A program made the translations under genes and the position numbers. The notes beneath the pieces were generated by a model. That model searched no databases. It saw only the letters and a program-made list of their open reading frames with translations, and was not told the DNA's origin. DNA of 64,000 nt, taken from Hormiphora californensis (taxonomy: Eukaryota > Animalia > Ctenophora). This document shows positions 48,480 through 64,000 of the stretch, piece by piece (positions within the stretch are counted from its first letter, which is position 1; every line of letters starts with the position of its first letter). The stretch covers positions 7,750,001 to 7,814,000 of the forward strand of contig CM035352.1 of the NCBI GenBank assembly GCA_020137815.1. Reading direction: 5' to 3'.

Positions 48480-50275
48480 CGGGGTTGGTAGGTTTTTGTT
48501 GGGGGATTTTAAAAATTGGGGAAAATTTTAAATTTGTTTATGGGGTTTTGTTATTTAAAAAAAAGGGGGGGTTTTTTTGGGGGGGGGGGGGTTTTTTTGG
48601 TTTAATCTTTGGGGGGAAAATTTGGTTTTTTTTTTTTGGGGGGTTAAAAAATTTTTTTGTTTTTGTATTTTGGGTTTTTAAAACAGGGCAAAAACACCCT
48701 TTTTTTAAAATGGTAACCCCCAAGTTTAAGCGTTTTAAAGGGAAAAAGTAAAATTTTTTGTATTTTTGGTCCCTTATATAAGAAAAAAAAAATGTAAAAT
48801 TTGGGGCCTTTTAAATTTTTTAAAAAAAGCGCTATTTTGTTCTTCAGCTTTTTCCCCTTTTTCTCTTTTCTTGGGGAAACTTTCTTTTTCCCCAAAAAAA
48901 CTTTTTTGTATTCCCTTTAGTTTCTTCGTTTTTTTCCCCTCCTTTTTCCCCTTTTCCCCCTTTTTTTCTCTCCCCCCTTTATTTTTTATTTTTTTTTCTT
49001 CTCTCTCTCTCCACAACCCCTATTATAATCTATCATTTTTCTCTTTTCTCTCTCTCTCTTTCTCTTTCCCCTCTCTCTCTCCCCTTCCCCCTTTTTTCTC
49101 TCTCTTTTCCTTTTCCCTTTTTTCTTTTTCTCTCCTCTCTTCTCCCCTCTCTTTTCCCCTCTCTCTCTCTCTCTCTCTCCCCTCTCTCCCCTCTTTTTCC
49201 TCCCCTCTCCTCTCTTTTCTCTCTTTTTCTAAAACTTCTTCCAAAAAACCCCCCTTTTTCCCCCCCAATATTTCCTTCCCCAGCGGGTTTCCCCTCCTCT
49301 CGGTTTTCCCTGGTAAATCTCTTTTTCCCTCTTTTTTTCCTGGCGTCCCACCCGGAAAAATTTCTGTTGGGGGAAAAGTTCCTTTTTCCAAATTTTTTTA
49401 AATTTTTTCCCCAGGCCCTGTTCCCGGCGCCTCCTCCTCCCAAACCCCCCCTTCCCCTTTTTTTTCCCCCTCCCTTTGGGCGGCCCCCTCTTCCTCCTCC
49501 CCGGGGGCTTTTCATCGGGCGCCGTCCTCCCTCCCCTTTGGGGCCCGTAAATTTTCCCTCTTCATTTTCTAAAACTAATGGAAAAAATCAAAAAAAACCC
49601 CAATTATTTTTCCGGAAAAAAGGGGGTTTTGGTTTTTAACTGGAAAAACCTTTTTCCCCCTTTGTTTCCTTGGGTTTAAAACCTTTTGTATGGTGGGTTT
49701 GTTTTTTTTGGGTTTTCCCTACCCCGTGAACCCCGCTTTTGGCCCAAAATAAACCCGTTTTTTAACAAGGGGGGCCGGGGGTTCGCCCCAAAAACCCCCC
49801 ATTTGACAGGGGCATTCCCCAAACAGTTGCCGTTTTGGAAGGACCAAATTCCAAAATAATGCCCTTGGGAAAAAAATTTTTAATTTAGGCCATAAAAGGT
49901 TTTTTGGTTGGTATTCCCCCCGGGCCCATTGCTTTGGGTTGTTTTCCGTTTTACCCCTGGGGGGGTTTTTTTTTTTTCACGTTCCCCTTTTAACAACCAA
50001 TTTTTCAAGTCCCTTTGGGGGTTGATTTAATTTCAAAATTGGGCACTTGAAAATTTTGCGGGACCACGCAACAAAAACCCACCTGGGGAAAAAGGGGTTT
50101 CCCTATCCCCTTTTTTTTTGTGGGTTTTTTTGGGGGCAGAGAGAACAGTTTTTTTCCCCTTCCCCCTTTCAAAAGGCCCGTTAGGGTGTTTTTTGGCCCT
50201 TGATTTGGGCACACCGGACAAAACCAAAACCCCCCTGGAAAAGGTATTCAAAGGGGGAAAATACAGGAATTTTGG
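48480..50275. other. Low-quality, homopolymer-inflated sequence (probable assembly or read artefact)
   Basis: Abrupt switch to runs of 3-9 identical bases; similar texture at about 55600-56930. Confidence 0.75.
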
Positions 50276-50278
50276 CCA

Positions 50279-54740
<4,462 letters not shown>

Positions 54741-55369
54741 GCCTGCTATAAGTTACGTGATGTAGGGGGTAACTGCTATAATACGTTAATAAATGGAGCT
54801 GTGTGTAATCAATGATGTAGGGTATACCTAGCCTGCTGTGTGTTATTATTGTAGGGGTTTTAGGGTGGACATGGACAATTCAACAACTAGAGGGTCAGTT
54901 GTCCTGTTATACGCTCCAAGGAGTGGCTGCCATTGATATAGGTGCATAGGAAAACGTACACATAATTGTACTGTTCAAACAACATCTTACACAACAAACT
55001 CCACCACACCAGTCTGATTATAATGTCAATATAAAGGCGAATATGATAGCATCCGTAATTCTCAACACATGTGAGCTTGAGGTTTCAAAAAGAATTAATG
55101 CAAGAATCCGAATGATTCATCTGCCCCCTCCTCCGGTTGAAAAAGAGTAACAAATATTAAAGTAATATTGAGCAAGTAATAACAAATGTGAGTCAGGCAA
55201 GGGCCAGCTGTTTCAAATTGGTAGTAAAATTTCGATTCGTATTTAGAAAGTAAATTGTAAATATAATTATGCATAATTTATTCGTGGGACCCCTCGAATT
55301 CAAACCCAAGAAAACGCAAAGTCACGGTCACCCTCGGTGTATAACACTCCAAACAATCATCCCCCCCCC

Positions 55370-55407
<38 letters not shown>

Positions 55408-57061
55408 ACACACACACACACACACACATACGAGGGGAAAATAAGAGGACACAAAGGTCAGAACAAAAGCCCAAAACAATAGCCTCCATAAAATTGCGAT
55501 GGTTCCCTCTAACCGGCTGTTAGCACCAAGGCTGCAGAAACGAGTGAAAGCTCGAGTTCTAGTCTGAAAAAACTTGAGCGGGATAGTCTGCGAGCTCACC
55601 ATAATTTTTCCGGGAAATTTTATCTCTCTCTCTTTATGAGTCTCTTTCCCCAAACCTTCTCTCTCAGCTCTTCCTTCCTTAATTTCTCTCTCTTTCTCTC
55701 TTCTTCTCCACCCCTCACCCCCGTTTTCCCCTTCTCTCCCCAAAAGCCTTTGTGTACAGCTCACAGAGGGCTTGTAGTACACTAACCCCAGGTCGGGGTT
55801 ACAAACAGAGGCCGAGGTTCCGGGGGGTCTGGAAAACTTTCCAAAACAGCAGTGAAATATGAGAGTTGAGAGAGGAACAAAAAAAAAAAGGGGTGGGAGA
55901 AAGGGAAGGGGGATGGGGAAAAGGGGAGGAAAGATACATGTATAGCGATAATTTCCCCCCCTATCCCCAATCTACTCTCTCTTTCCCTACTTTCTCCTTT
56001 ATTCGCTTTATTTTCTCCTTCCCACGCCAAACACCGGGGGCGCGGTCAGATAAGCAAGAGCCGGGTTAGGTGGTGGTCCCTGGAGGAGAGCTAGGAGCAG
56101 CAGAGAGGAGGGGGGGAGAGAGAGAGATAGACGAGAGAGAGAAGAGTAGAGAGCACAAGAAAGCGAGCGAGGAAAAGAAAGAAAGAGTAGCGGAAAGAAA
56201 AAGATGGGGGAGAGAGAGGAAGACCGAGAGATGGAAAAGAGAGAGAGAGAAGGGGAGAACGCATTCGGCCTAAAGGGGTTAGTGGAAAGTGGTTGGAGAA
56301 GCTAAAAGGGGTGAGGGGGGTTTAAAGAGGGTTAGATTAAAGGGAGAGAGAAATAGAGGTCTAGATATAATGCAATACTTTCAAGAGAAATAAATGAAAT
56401 CGCTGCATGATTCAATGTCCCCTGTTGATGATTAGTTTCCCGAACACAGAAAAGTTTTGGGACTACCACTTGATCCCTGGTTAATTTAAGAAACTTTTCC
56501 ACATTGACACTCGAACAGAGCTCCCTTTATTGGATGTAATGGCTTTTTTGGTTTTTTTAAACCAAAGATAACGTTTTAAACAACCTAGATACTGGGGCTT
56601 TCGTACAAAAAAAAACGGTTTTTTGGTTTTTGAAAAAACCAAATAATACGGGAAGAAAAAAAATTAAAAATCGGCTATTAATTAAAGTTTTCCGTTTGGT
56701 CGAGTAAATTTTAAAATCTAAATTTTTATTAAAAGCGTTTAATAAAATTTAAAAAATTTGGTAGGGGTTTTTTCGAAAATTTGAAACCGGGGGGGCAATT
56801 GGTCCTGTTTTGAAAAAGTCTTGTGCAAAATGTTAAACCGCGGGCAAAAGGGGTAATATTTTTTTTTGTGAGCTTTTTTTGTCCCCTTTTTTCCCCAAGC
56901 GCCAAATTTTTTACGTGGTATTGCAGGCATTTCATTGGTCCAAGCAGGTAAAGAGGACCAATCTGAATTGAGGATTATCAGTGTGTGTTCCTTTGTACTG
57001 TGGTGCTTAATTTAGAACTTGGTTTTTGACCCCTGAGCGCACTATTGAGACAGAACACGAA

Positions 57062-57139
<78 letters not shown>

Positions 57140-57272
57140 GTTGATTTTGCACGTGTTGTCCCTTGGTACAGTGCATAACACTTTAGTGTGTAATTAGTAT
57201 GTGTTCCTTTCGGTGGTGCTTGATTTTGAACTTTGTTTTTGGCCAGCTAGTGATACACGGATGACTCTTTCA

Positions 57273-57321
<49 letters not shown>

Positions 57322-57329
57322 ACACAGGT

Positions 57330-57408
<79 letters not shown>

Positions 57409-57641
57409 TTCTAAGCCATATCTTGAATAAATAGTTTTCAATTAGTTATAATTTTTGGCGATCTTCTCCACTAGTAGAATGCCTAAGACTAAAACTTTAA
57501 CTAGCTCCTGTTGCATACCCTACCATTGTTTTATTTGCACATAATACGTTTTCTAGTGATGGTCCGCACCTACAAGAAAAAAACTAGTACTGCTTACTCT
57601 CCAGAAGTTTTGAAAAAAGCACTCGGCGAAAGTCGTAAGCT

Positions 57642-57748
57642 AGGAACCGACCGAATCAGGAAATACTGGTCCCTGATTGGCTGATAACCAGTCACGTGAC
57701 CTAAATAACGAGTTCTGATTGGTTGTTTACTTAATTCGGTCGGTTCCT
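57642..57748 (+). mobile_element. About 105-bp hairpin-ended repeat, copy 2, inside the transposase
   Basis: AGGAACCGACCGAA TIR; flanks GTCGTAAGCT / GTCGTAAACT. Confidence 0.85.
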
Positions 57749-58106
57749 GTCGTAAACTAGGACGACCTACCCGAGCTATTTCTAGACAGTACAAAGTTCC
57801 TTTCACAACCCTTCGGCGCCATTATAACGCCAGCGCACAACCCGGTCCTTCTGGTCGTTCTGCCTCACTCTCCGCGTCTGATGAACAGTACCTCGTTAGT
57901 GCTCTTATTCATGCGGGTGAGCTTGGTTGGCCCTTTTCAAAGAACATGTTGAAAGATGTTGTTCAGTGCTTTGTTCGTCAGTGTGGTTTAAAAACCCCGT
58001 TCAAGAATAACAGGCCTGGAGATGACTGGTATCGGTCGTTTATGGCTCGTCATAGAAATGATCTGTCCGTGAGGAAACCTGAGGTGGTCACAACAGCTAG
58101 GGCTAA

Positions 58107-58383
58107 GGGTCACCACACACCAAAGTTAAAATTAAAATTAAAATTTTAATTTTAAACCCGCACACACCAACGGCCGTTAAAATGTCTCTCCCCATTCTAA
58201 AAGTAACAATCTCACGCACGATTTTGACGGTCGCGTTGGATGACAAAATTTTAACACGCCGTTAAAATCGCGCGCGAGATTGTTACTTTTAGAATGGGGG
58301 AGAGAAATTTTAACGGCCGCTGGTGTGTGCGGGTTTAAAATCAAAATTTTAATTTTAATTTTAACTTTGGTGTGTGGTGACCC
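58107..58383. mobile_element. Palindromic PIF/Harbinger (Tourist-like) MITE inside the transposase
   Basis: GGGTCACCACACACCAAAGTTAAAATT TIR; TAA TSD; removing it restores TARAK|GLTSE. Confidence 0.9.
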
Positions 58384-60413
58384 TAAGGGTTTGACATCTG
58401 AGGTGGTTAACTTGTTCTTTGATCTTGCTGAGCGGAAAGCGGACGAAGGCGGGTATAGAGACATTAAACAGCGTATCTGGAACTGCGACGAAACGGGACT
58501 CTCCACTAATGGAGCTGGAAATAGCTTGATATACAGACGCGGTACTAAGGACGCTCAACTTCTTGCGCCAAACGAGGGCAAATCCCAGTACACAGTTTTA
58601 TTCGCGTGCAATGCTAGCGGGGACTTTATGCCACCGTACATTGTCTATAAAGCGGAGCATCTGCATGATACATGGGTAAGGAACGGTCCTGAGGGCACTA
58701 TGTACAACACATCCCGTTCTGGATGGATGGAGATCGAAACGTTTGCCGAATGGTTTTGCAAAATGTTTGTACCGTTCGTCAAAGATTACGAGAAGCCCCT
58801 TGTTCTATATTTTGACGGCCATGGCTCCCATCTTTCAGCAGAGACAATCCACGCAGCAATTGACAACCATATATTCCTTATATGCTTACCAGCACACACA
58901 TCAGGTGCTCTCCAACCGTTAGATGTATCTGTCTTCAAGGGTGCGAAGGCTGCGTGGACCAAGATTCTCAGTCGATTTTACAGAGAGTCCAGACACGAAC
59001 ACATCAAAAAAGAGCATTTCCCTGCTCTTGTCTCGGATCTGTTTAAATTTATTACAACTCATGCCGGGGCTGCGGTTAACGGATTCATAAAGACAGGGTT
59101 GTGTCCTCTTGATAGATCAATCATACCTAAAGAAAAGATAATTCTATCGGCCACAACAGTAACTCAGGGACCCTCCACTTCTAGTGACATTCTACCAGCA
59201 ACTCCAGTGACACCCAAGTCAGCTATGCGCAACGCTATCATTTCGACACTTGCCCCAAAGCTGTCAGAGACAACAGCTGCAGCTATTACTAACGGGAAGC
59301 AGAGTCGACGGCGAGTTCAGCGAAAAGGCGGTGAATGTTTATCAGAGCAATCAGTCCTGGAGAGAATTAAGGAGGCCGATCTGGAACGCCAGGCAAAAAA
59401 GAACAAGGCAAAAGTGGTTAAAATTAAAAGTGCCGGAACTAAACCTCAGAAGTCTGGTAAAAATAAACTCATGGTAGTAGGTAAATTGGATCGATCTGAT
59501 GAGGATAATGATACTGAAGAGGGAAAAAAGGTTGACTTTATCCCCCGCCCAGCGGTACCACCTGTTACTCCGACTAGAACTCTGCGTTCTAGGTCCAGGC
59601 TAACCTTGCAGGGATGGAAGTGATGTTCCTACTTCTAGTTTCAACCCTGCATTTGAGAATGCCGAATATTTTTATTTAATTTAATACATTTTTATTACAC
59701 ATAGGTACATGTTTATTTACACCGTGTTCATAAGCTTCGTTTCTTAATAAATGTGTTATTGAAGTGTTTTTACTTCAAAATTAACTTAAACCCTCTCTAT
59801 TTAGCCTAACATGACGATTAGACGCCTCTAGATCAAGAACTGGTGAGTTAAGAAGGGGTTTTAATAGACAATAGTCAACTTAGTATTAAATAGGAAAATC
59901 TAACAAACTAAGGGTCTATATTATTTGTCCCAGAGTGGTCTACTTTGCCCCAGAGAGGTGTACCACTTTGCCCCAGAGAGGTGTGCCACTTTGCCCCACG
60001 GTCACAAAATTGACAATCAAGACAACAAAATTGACAATTTCTTGCAAATTTTTATACCAAATTTGAGAGATAAAAAGACCTAACTGGTACAGCAGTTTGA
60101 AACCGAAAAAAAAAACTAAAGACAAGGAGTTTGATATGATACGAGAAAAAATATGAACATAGATGCACAAGACTAGCTGCATATCATAATTGATATGAGA
60201 GCAAGAACAAAACCTAGATACAAAACCTAGATACACACAAGACAAGGAGTATAAAAGAACTTGCAGATATACATTAGACAAGGATCAGCATGATATGAGA
60301 GAAAGAAAAAGATAGAGGGTACCTCCATTGCCTCTGGCTGCTGCAAGAGCTCTCAAAGGTGCCATTATACCTAACATGGTGATTACTCTAAGCTCACATC
60401 TCTTTTCGTAGTG

Positions 60414-60497
<84 letters not shown>

Positions 60498-60547
60498 TTT
60501 CTCTCTTTTTCTCTTTTCTCTCTCTCTCTCTCTTTCTCTCTTTTTCT

Positions 60548-60602
<55 letters not shown>

Positions 60603-60786
60603 TTCTCTATCTTTCTCTCTTTTTCTATCTCTACCTATCTCTCTATTTGAACTCTTTCCCCCGTCTCTACCTCTCTAAGATCATTACTTTCAACTTACCT
60701 TTTTTTAAATAAACCTCATTTTCTCCATTTTTCAAGGGCTAAAGAAGAATCCATCAAATTAATTTTCTCGGCTTGTCTGTATTGGT

Positions 60787-61130
60787 GGACGGACTCTATA
60801 TCTAAACCCAAGGCGGACTCTATAAATCTTAAAGCTGACTCTAAATCTACAATTATACTTTCATTCACCATTCTAGTGCTAAAACCCCCAACCTAGCCTA
60901 ACCCTTAACCTAACGCTAACCCTAACATCGAACACAAATAACGGCCCTAACACTTATAAATGAGTATAGGGGTACAGCAAACTCTAACGGCCGAAATCCC
61001 GAGTTCGCTGCAAATAGAGGACTGTATGTCAATGTAAATTTATGTAGACATAGAGTCCTCCTTATTTATACTTTGCAGACATCGAGTCCTCATAGAGTTT
61101 AGACTTATTCGGAATCTATATCTAAGTCTA
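60787..61130. repeat. Element with GGACTCTAT inverted motifs and telomere-like (CCTAAC) tract
   Basis: GGACTCTATA repeats on the left, ATAGAGTCC on the right, CCTAACCCTTAACCTAACGCTAACCCTAAC at 60897-60927. Confidence 0.45.
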
Positions 61131-61729
61131 AATTTACAGAGGGAAAATATTCAAATGGTTACGCCATTTGGTTAACCATTTGAATCGTTTCCCTTTGTTA
61201 TTCGCTCTTGGGTAACCAGTTAAGCACTCTTGGTGGGAGGCGTCCTCTATGTGTATGTCTAAATTTAGATATAGAGTACCAGAATTCGCACATCACCTGT
61301 ATCCGTGGTGCTCCGGGGGTCATAGTGCACAGTTTTGTTGAGTTGCTTGAACAGTTCAACAGCTCTAAGACCGACCCGCAACCGATTCGGATAACGGAAC
61401 ACCACGGTATCACACAACGAAAAATGTGTTGTGTGTGCCGACTACCGAACCGAAAAAAAATTGACCTCCATAAACCGACCCGAAAAGTTTTCGACCTCCA
61501 TAAAACCTTCATAAACCGAACCGAACCGGAAGTTTTTTTCGATTTCGTTAAACCGAACCGAAGTTTAAAATCGTAAATCATCCTTTTCCTACACTTGATA
61601 TTAGTATAATCTTTAGTTAGCTGATAGAAGTTTATGGACAGTTAATTGAATTGTAGGGAAGAACCAACACTTCCCTTCCCCACTAGTTCACTAGAATTAT
61701 CTTCATGAACCACCACGGTCACGCACACC

Positions 61730-61820
61730 CAGGACCGAAACAAGTAAACAACCAATCAGAACTCGTTATTTAGGTCACGTGACTGGTTATCAGCCAATCA
61801 GGGACCAGTATTTCCTGATT
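61730..61820 (-). mobile_element. About 105-bp hairpin-ended repeat, copy 3, truncated
   Basis: Reverse complement of copies 1 and 2; flanked by 18-bp duplication CCACCACGGTCACGCACA. Confidence 0.8.
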
Positions 61821-62789
61821 TCATGAATTTTCCCACCACGGTCACGCACATCTTTTGCGAGCTAAATCTCATTGAAACTTTTAGTTAGCGTTGATCCTGA
61901 ACAAGAATTATTGCATTCAATGAATAATGCTTTTTAAGGACTGTTGACGACTCGAAGATTTGTTCAGGAAAAGATAATCGTGACGGCATATTGTCGTATA
62001 ATGAGATAATATATAATTTGATGCGATTGCTAACAGTTAGAAGTTTGAACTAAATACAGTGTAGTAAAATTAGGCAATATAAGAGAAGGGATCAGTTTTA
62101 GAAGATGACCAGGATGTTATGTGAAGCAGAAATACGAAAACAAATGTGGAGGAGGGCTTGTTGAGTAAGGGGGTTAGGAGGGGCCATTTGTAGGAAACGT
62201 GACCACAGGTCATTGTCCTTCAATGAATAGTGATGACACTGGCAAAACATAGAGAGTTGCCTGACACTGTATCTGCACTACCCAGTACCCACGGTTTAAA
62301 AAAAGTAGAGTATAAACAAGCTTTGTGTGACTTGTACTGTGAGCGTTTGGTAAAAGAAATCAAGCTAAACAACTAACTAACATCCCTGCAGAGCTATGTA
62401 ATAAAACACAAAGGGGGGGGGGGGCAGCTGTGTGTCTCGGCATCTTAAACAGTGTGTGTGAGCTACATTGCCGAGTAAGAAAACGTAAAGGCTGCGTAGA
62501 GGAACAAAGAAAAAACTATAAAGGACGGGGTAGAGAGGAATATATAGCTGTGAAAGTAAGTGCACAGAGCTCTAAGCGGCGGGTATGGGATAAAGACTTT
62601 TGAAATGGCCTATAGACGTAGAAAACGAGAAGGCGAGAGGAACCAGAAAAAAATGGAGGACCAGGAGAGAAGGAAAAGCGGAAGAGAGCAGGCTGAGAGG
62701 CGGATGGAGAAAGGAGAGAGAGAGAGATTGATAAGAGAGCGAGAAGAGAGAGCCAGAGAATCGTAAAAGAGTAGGAGCGAGAGCTGCGT

Positions 62790-62852
<63 letters not shown>

Positions 62853-63383
62853 ATTCACCTATAGTCTGTAATATCAACATAATATTAATGTGTTTTGCAG
62901 GTCTTCTATGATTGAACAGGTTCCACGATTAATGATGACATCAAACAGTTATTATATTGTTGTAGAATTAGAAATATAAATACATAATTTTTGAACTGTC
63001 AGACCATTGGCATGTCCCTATTCTCAATTCTTTCGGAGTGAGAACTGTGGCCAGAGCATTGGCATGACAGTTTTTGAAGGTCAATTGGTTAGTAACCAAC
63101 CTTCAAGGAGAGGCAGGTATGACTCAAGGAGCAATGAGAGGTTTAGTAGGTATGACTGGAAAACGGATACCTCGAAGTAGTATTGCAGTTGAAATGGCGA
63201 TAAAAAAGAGGAACTTTGATACTTGTGGGAAAGTCGTATCACCCATTGGCCCTTACACTACATTTGGAAATTGCCGTCAGGACTGTTCCCTGTGGTCCTT
63301 TCCCGATTTTAATTCTAAACCACGCTGCAGTGCGTCATTTGAGAACGACGAGACACAAATGTCAAAGTGAAATGAATTGAAAG

Positions 63384-63525
63384 TACAGTCGGACCCCGAT
63401 TTACCGGAACCCCGATTTACCGGGAGGATAAACTTCCCCCGATATAAGAAATTGACGATATTTTGCCCCGATATACCGGGCACCCCGATTTACCCGAGCA
63501 TCCCGGTAAATCGGGGTCCGACTGT
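63384..63525. mobile_element. Tc1/mariner-type MITE
   Basis: TA-CAGTCGGACCCCGATTTACCGG ... CCGGTAAATCGGGGTCCGACTG-TA. Confidence 0.85.
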
Positions 63526-63753
63526 ATATCACCCTATTACCACGCAAAAACTAAAACGTGGCTTTGTATGTGAGCGCAACGAAAGAAACGATTAAGAGAT
63601 CTCTCAAGAGCTGCTGCTCTGTACATGTTGTATACAGTTATTCAGAGAGAGAGAGAGCTGGAAAAGTATTGGATAAAAAAGGGGGCGACGGAGGAAGGGG
63701 ATGGGAGTGGGTAGTAAAAGAGTAGAGGAGAAAGGAGAGGACGTAGAGAGGGG

Positions 63754-63855
<102 letters not shown>

Positions 63856-64000
63856 CTTACAGTCATCCAGTTGATGATCAGCAACTTTATGAGAGGCACA
63901 GTGAGGCACGGTACACACAGTGAGGAGGTATAAAAGTAAAAAAGAAAGAATACGATTTTGTTATAGGAGTCAAGTTGATTCAGGCTTTAAGATAATTCAG

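Larger units (their letters stand above)
57559..59623 (+). mobile_element. pogo/Fot-like DD35D transposase, interrupted by two MITEs
   Basis: MVRTYKKK..., Psq and CENP-B type HTH region (PGDDWYRSFMARH), WNCDETG, FDGHGSH, QPLDVSVF with 35 residues between the last two Asp; ACTTTGCCCC subterminal repeats at 59940-60000. Confidence 0.9.

Noticed and set aside
48485-50251. K/F/G/P-rich ORFs
   Set aside because: Products of homopolymer-rich low-quality sequence
60897-60927. Interstitial telomere
   Set aside because: Only about five degenerate CCTAAC units embedded in a repeat element
63074-63370. 98-aa ORF near the right end
   Set aside because: No ATG start and no recognisable motif; possibly an exon or TE relic but unsupported

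Overview
Compact, intron-rich animal genomic DNA, most likely a ctenophore of the Pleurobrachia type. This is inferred from recalled short repeats, antisense genes nested in introns and splice acceptors just upstream of start codons; it is not proven. Minus-strand genes: exportin-4 (partial), SIVA1-like, NPAT-like, a CCA-adding enzyme nested in MMS19, a TIMP-TIL-ShK-thyroglobulin gene nested in GFM1, and G-protein beta. Plus-strand genes: a small secreted protein, mL54, MMS19, an SDR, RPAP2 and GFM1. Mobile DNA includes three poly-G-ended foldback elements, a gag-only LTR element, an ORF1-only LINE, a CR1/L2 3' fragment, a DD35D pogo transposase and many MITEs. The most striking object is a 3-kb insert of about six near-identical, highly self-complementary 489-bp units (3.5 forward, then 2.5 inverted), flanked by a 12-13 bp TTAAAAAAAATG duplication. 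It resembles a reverse-transcribed multimer of a structured circular RNA, but I could not recognise a known ribozyme in it. Short tandem 'echo' duplications of splice sites and start/stop codons recur across the window.
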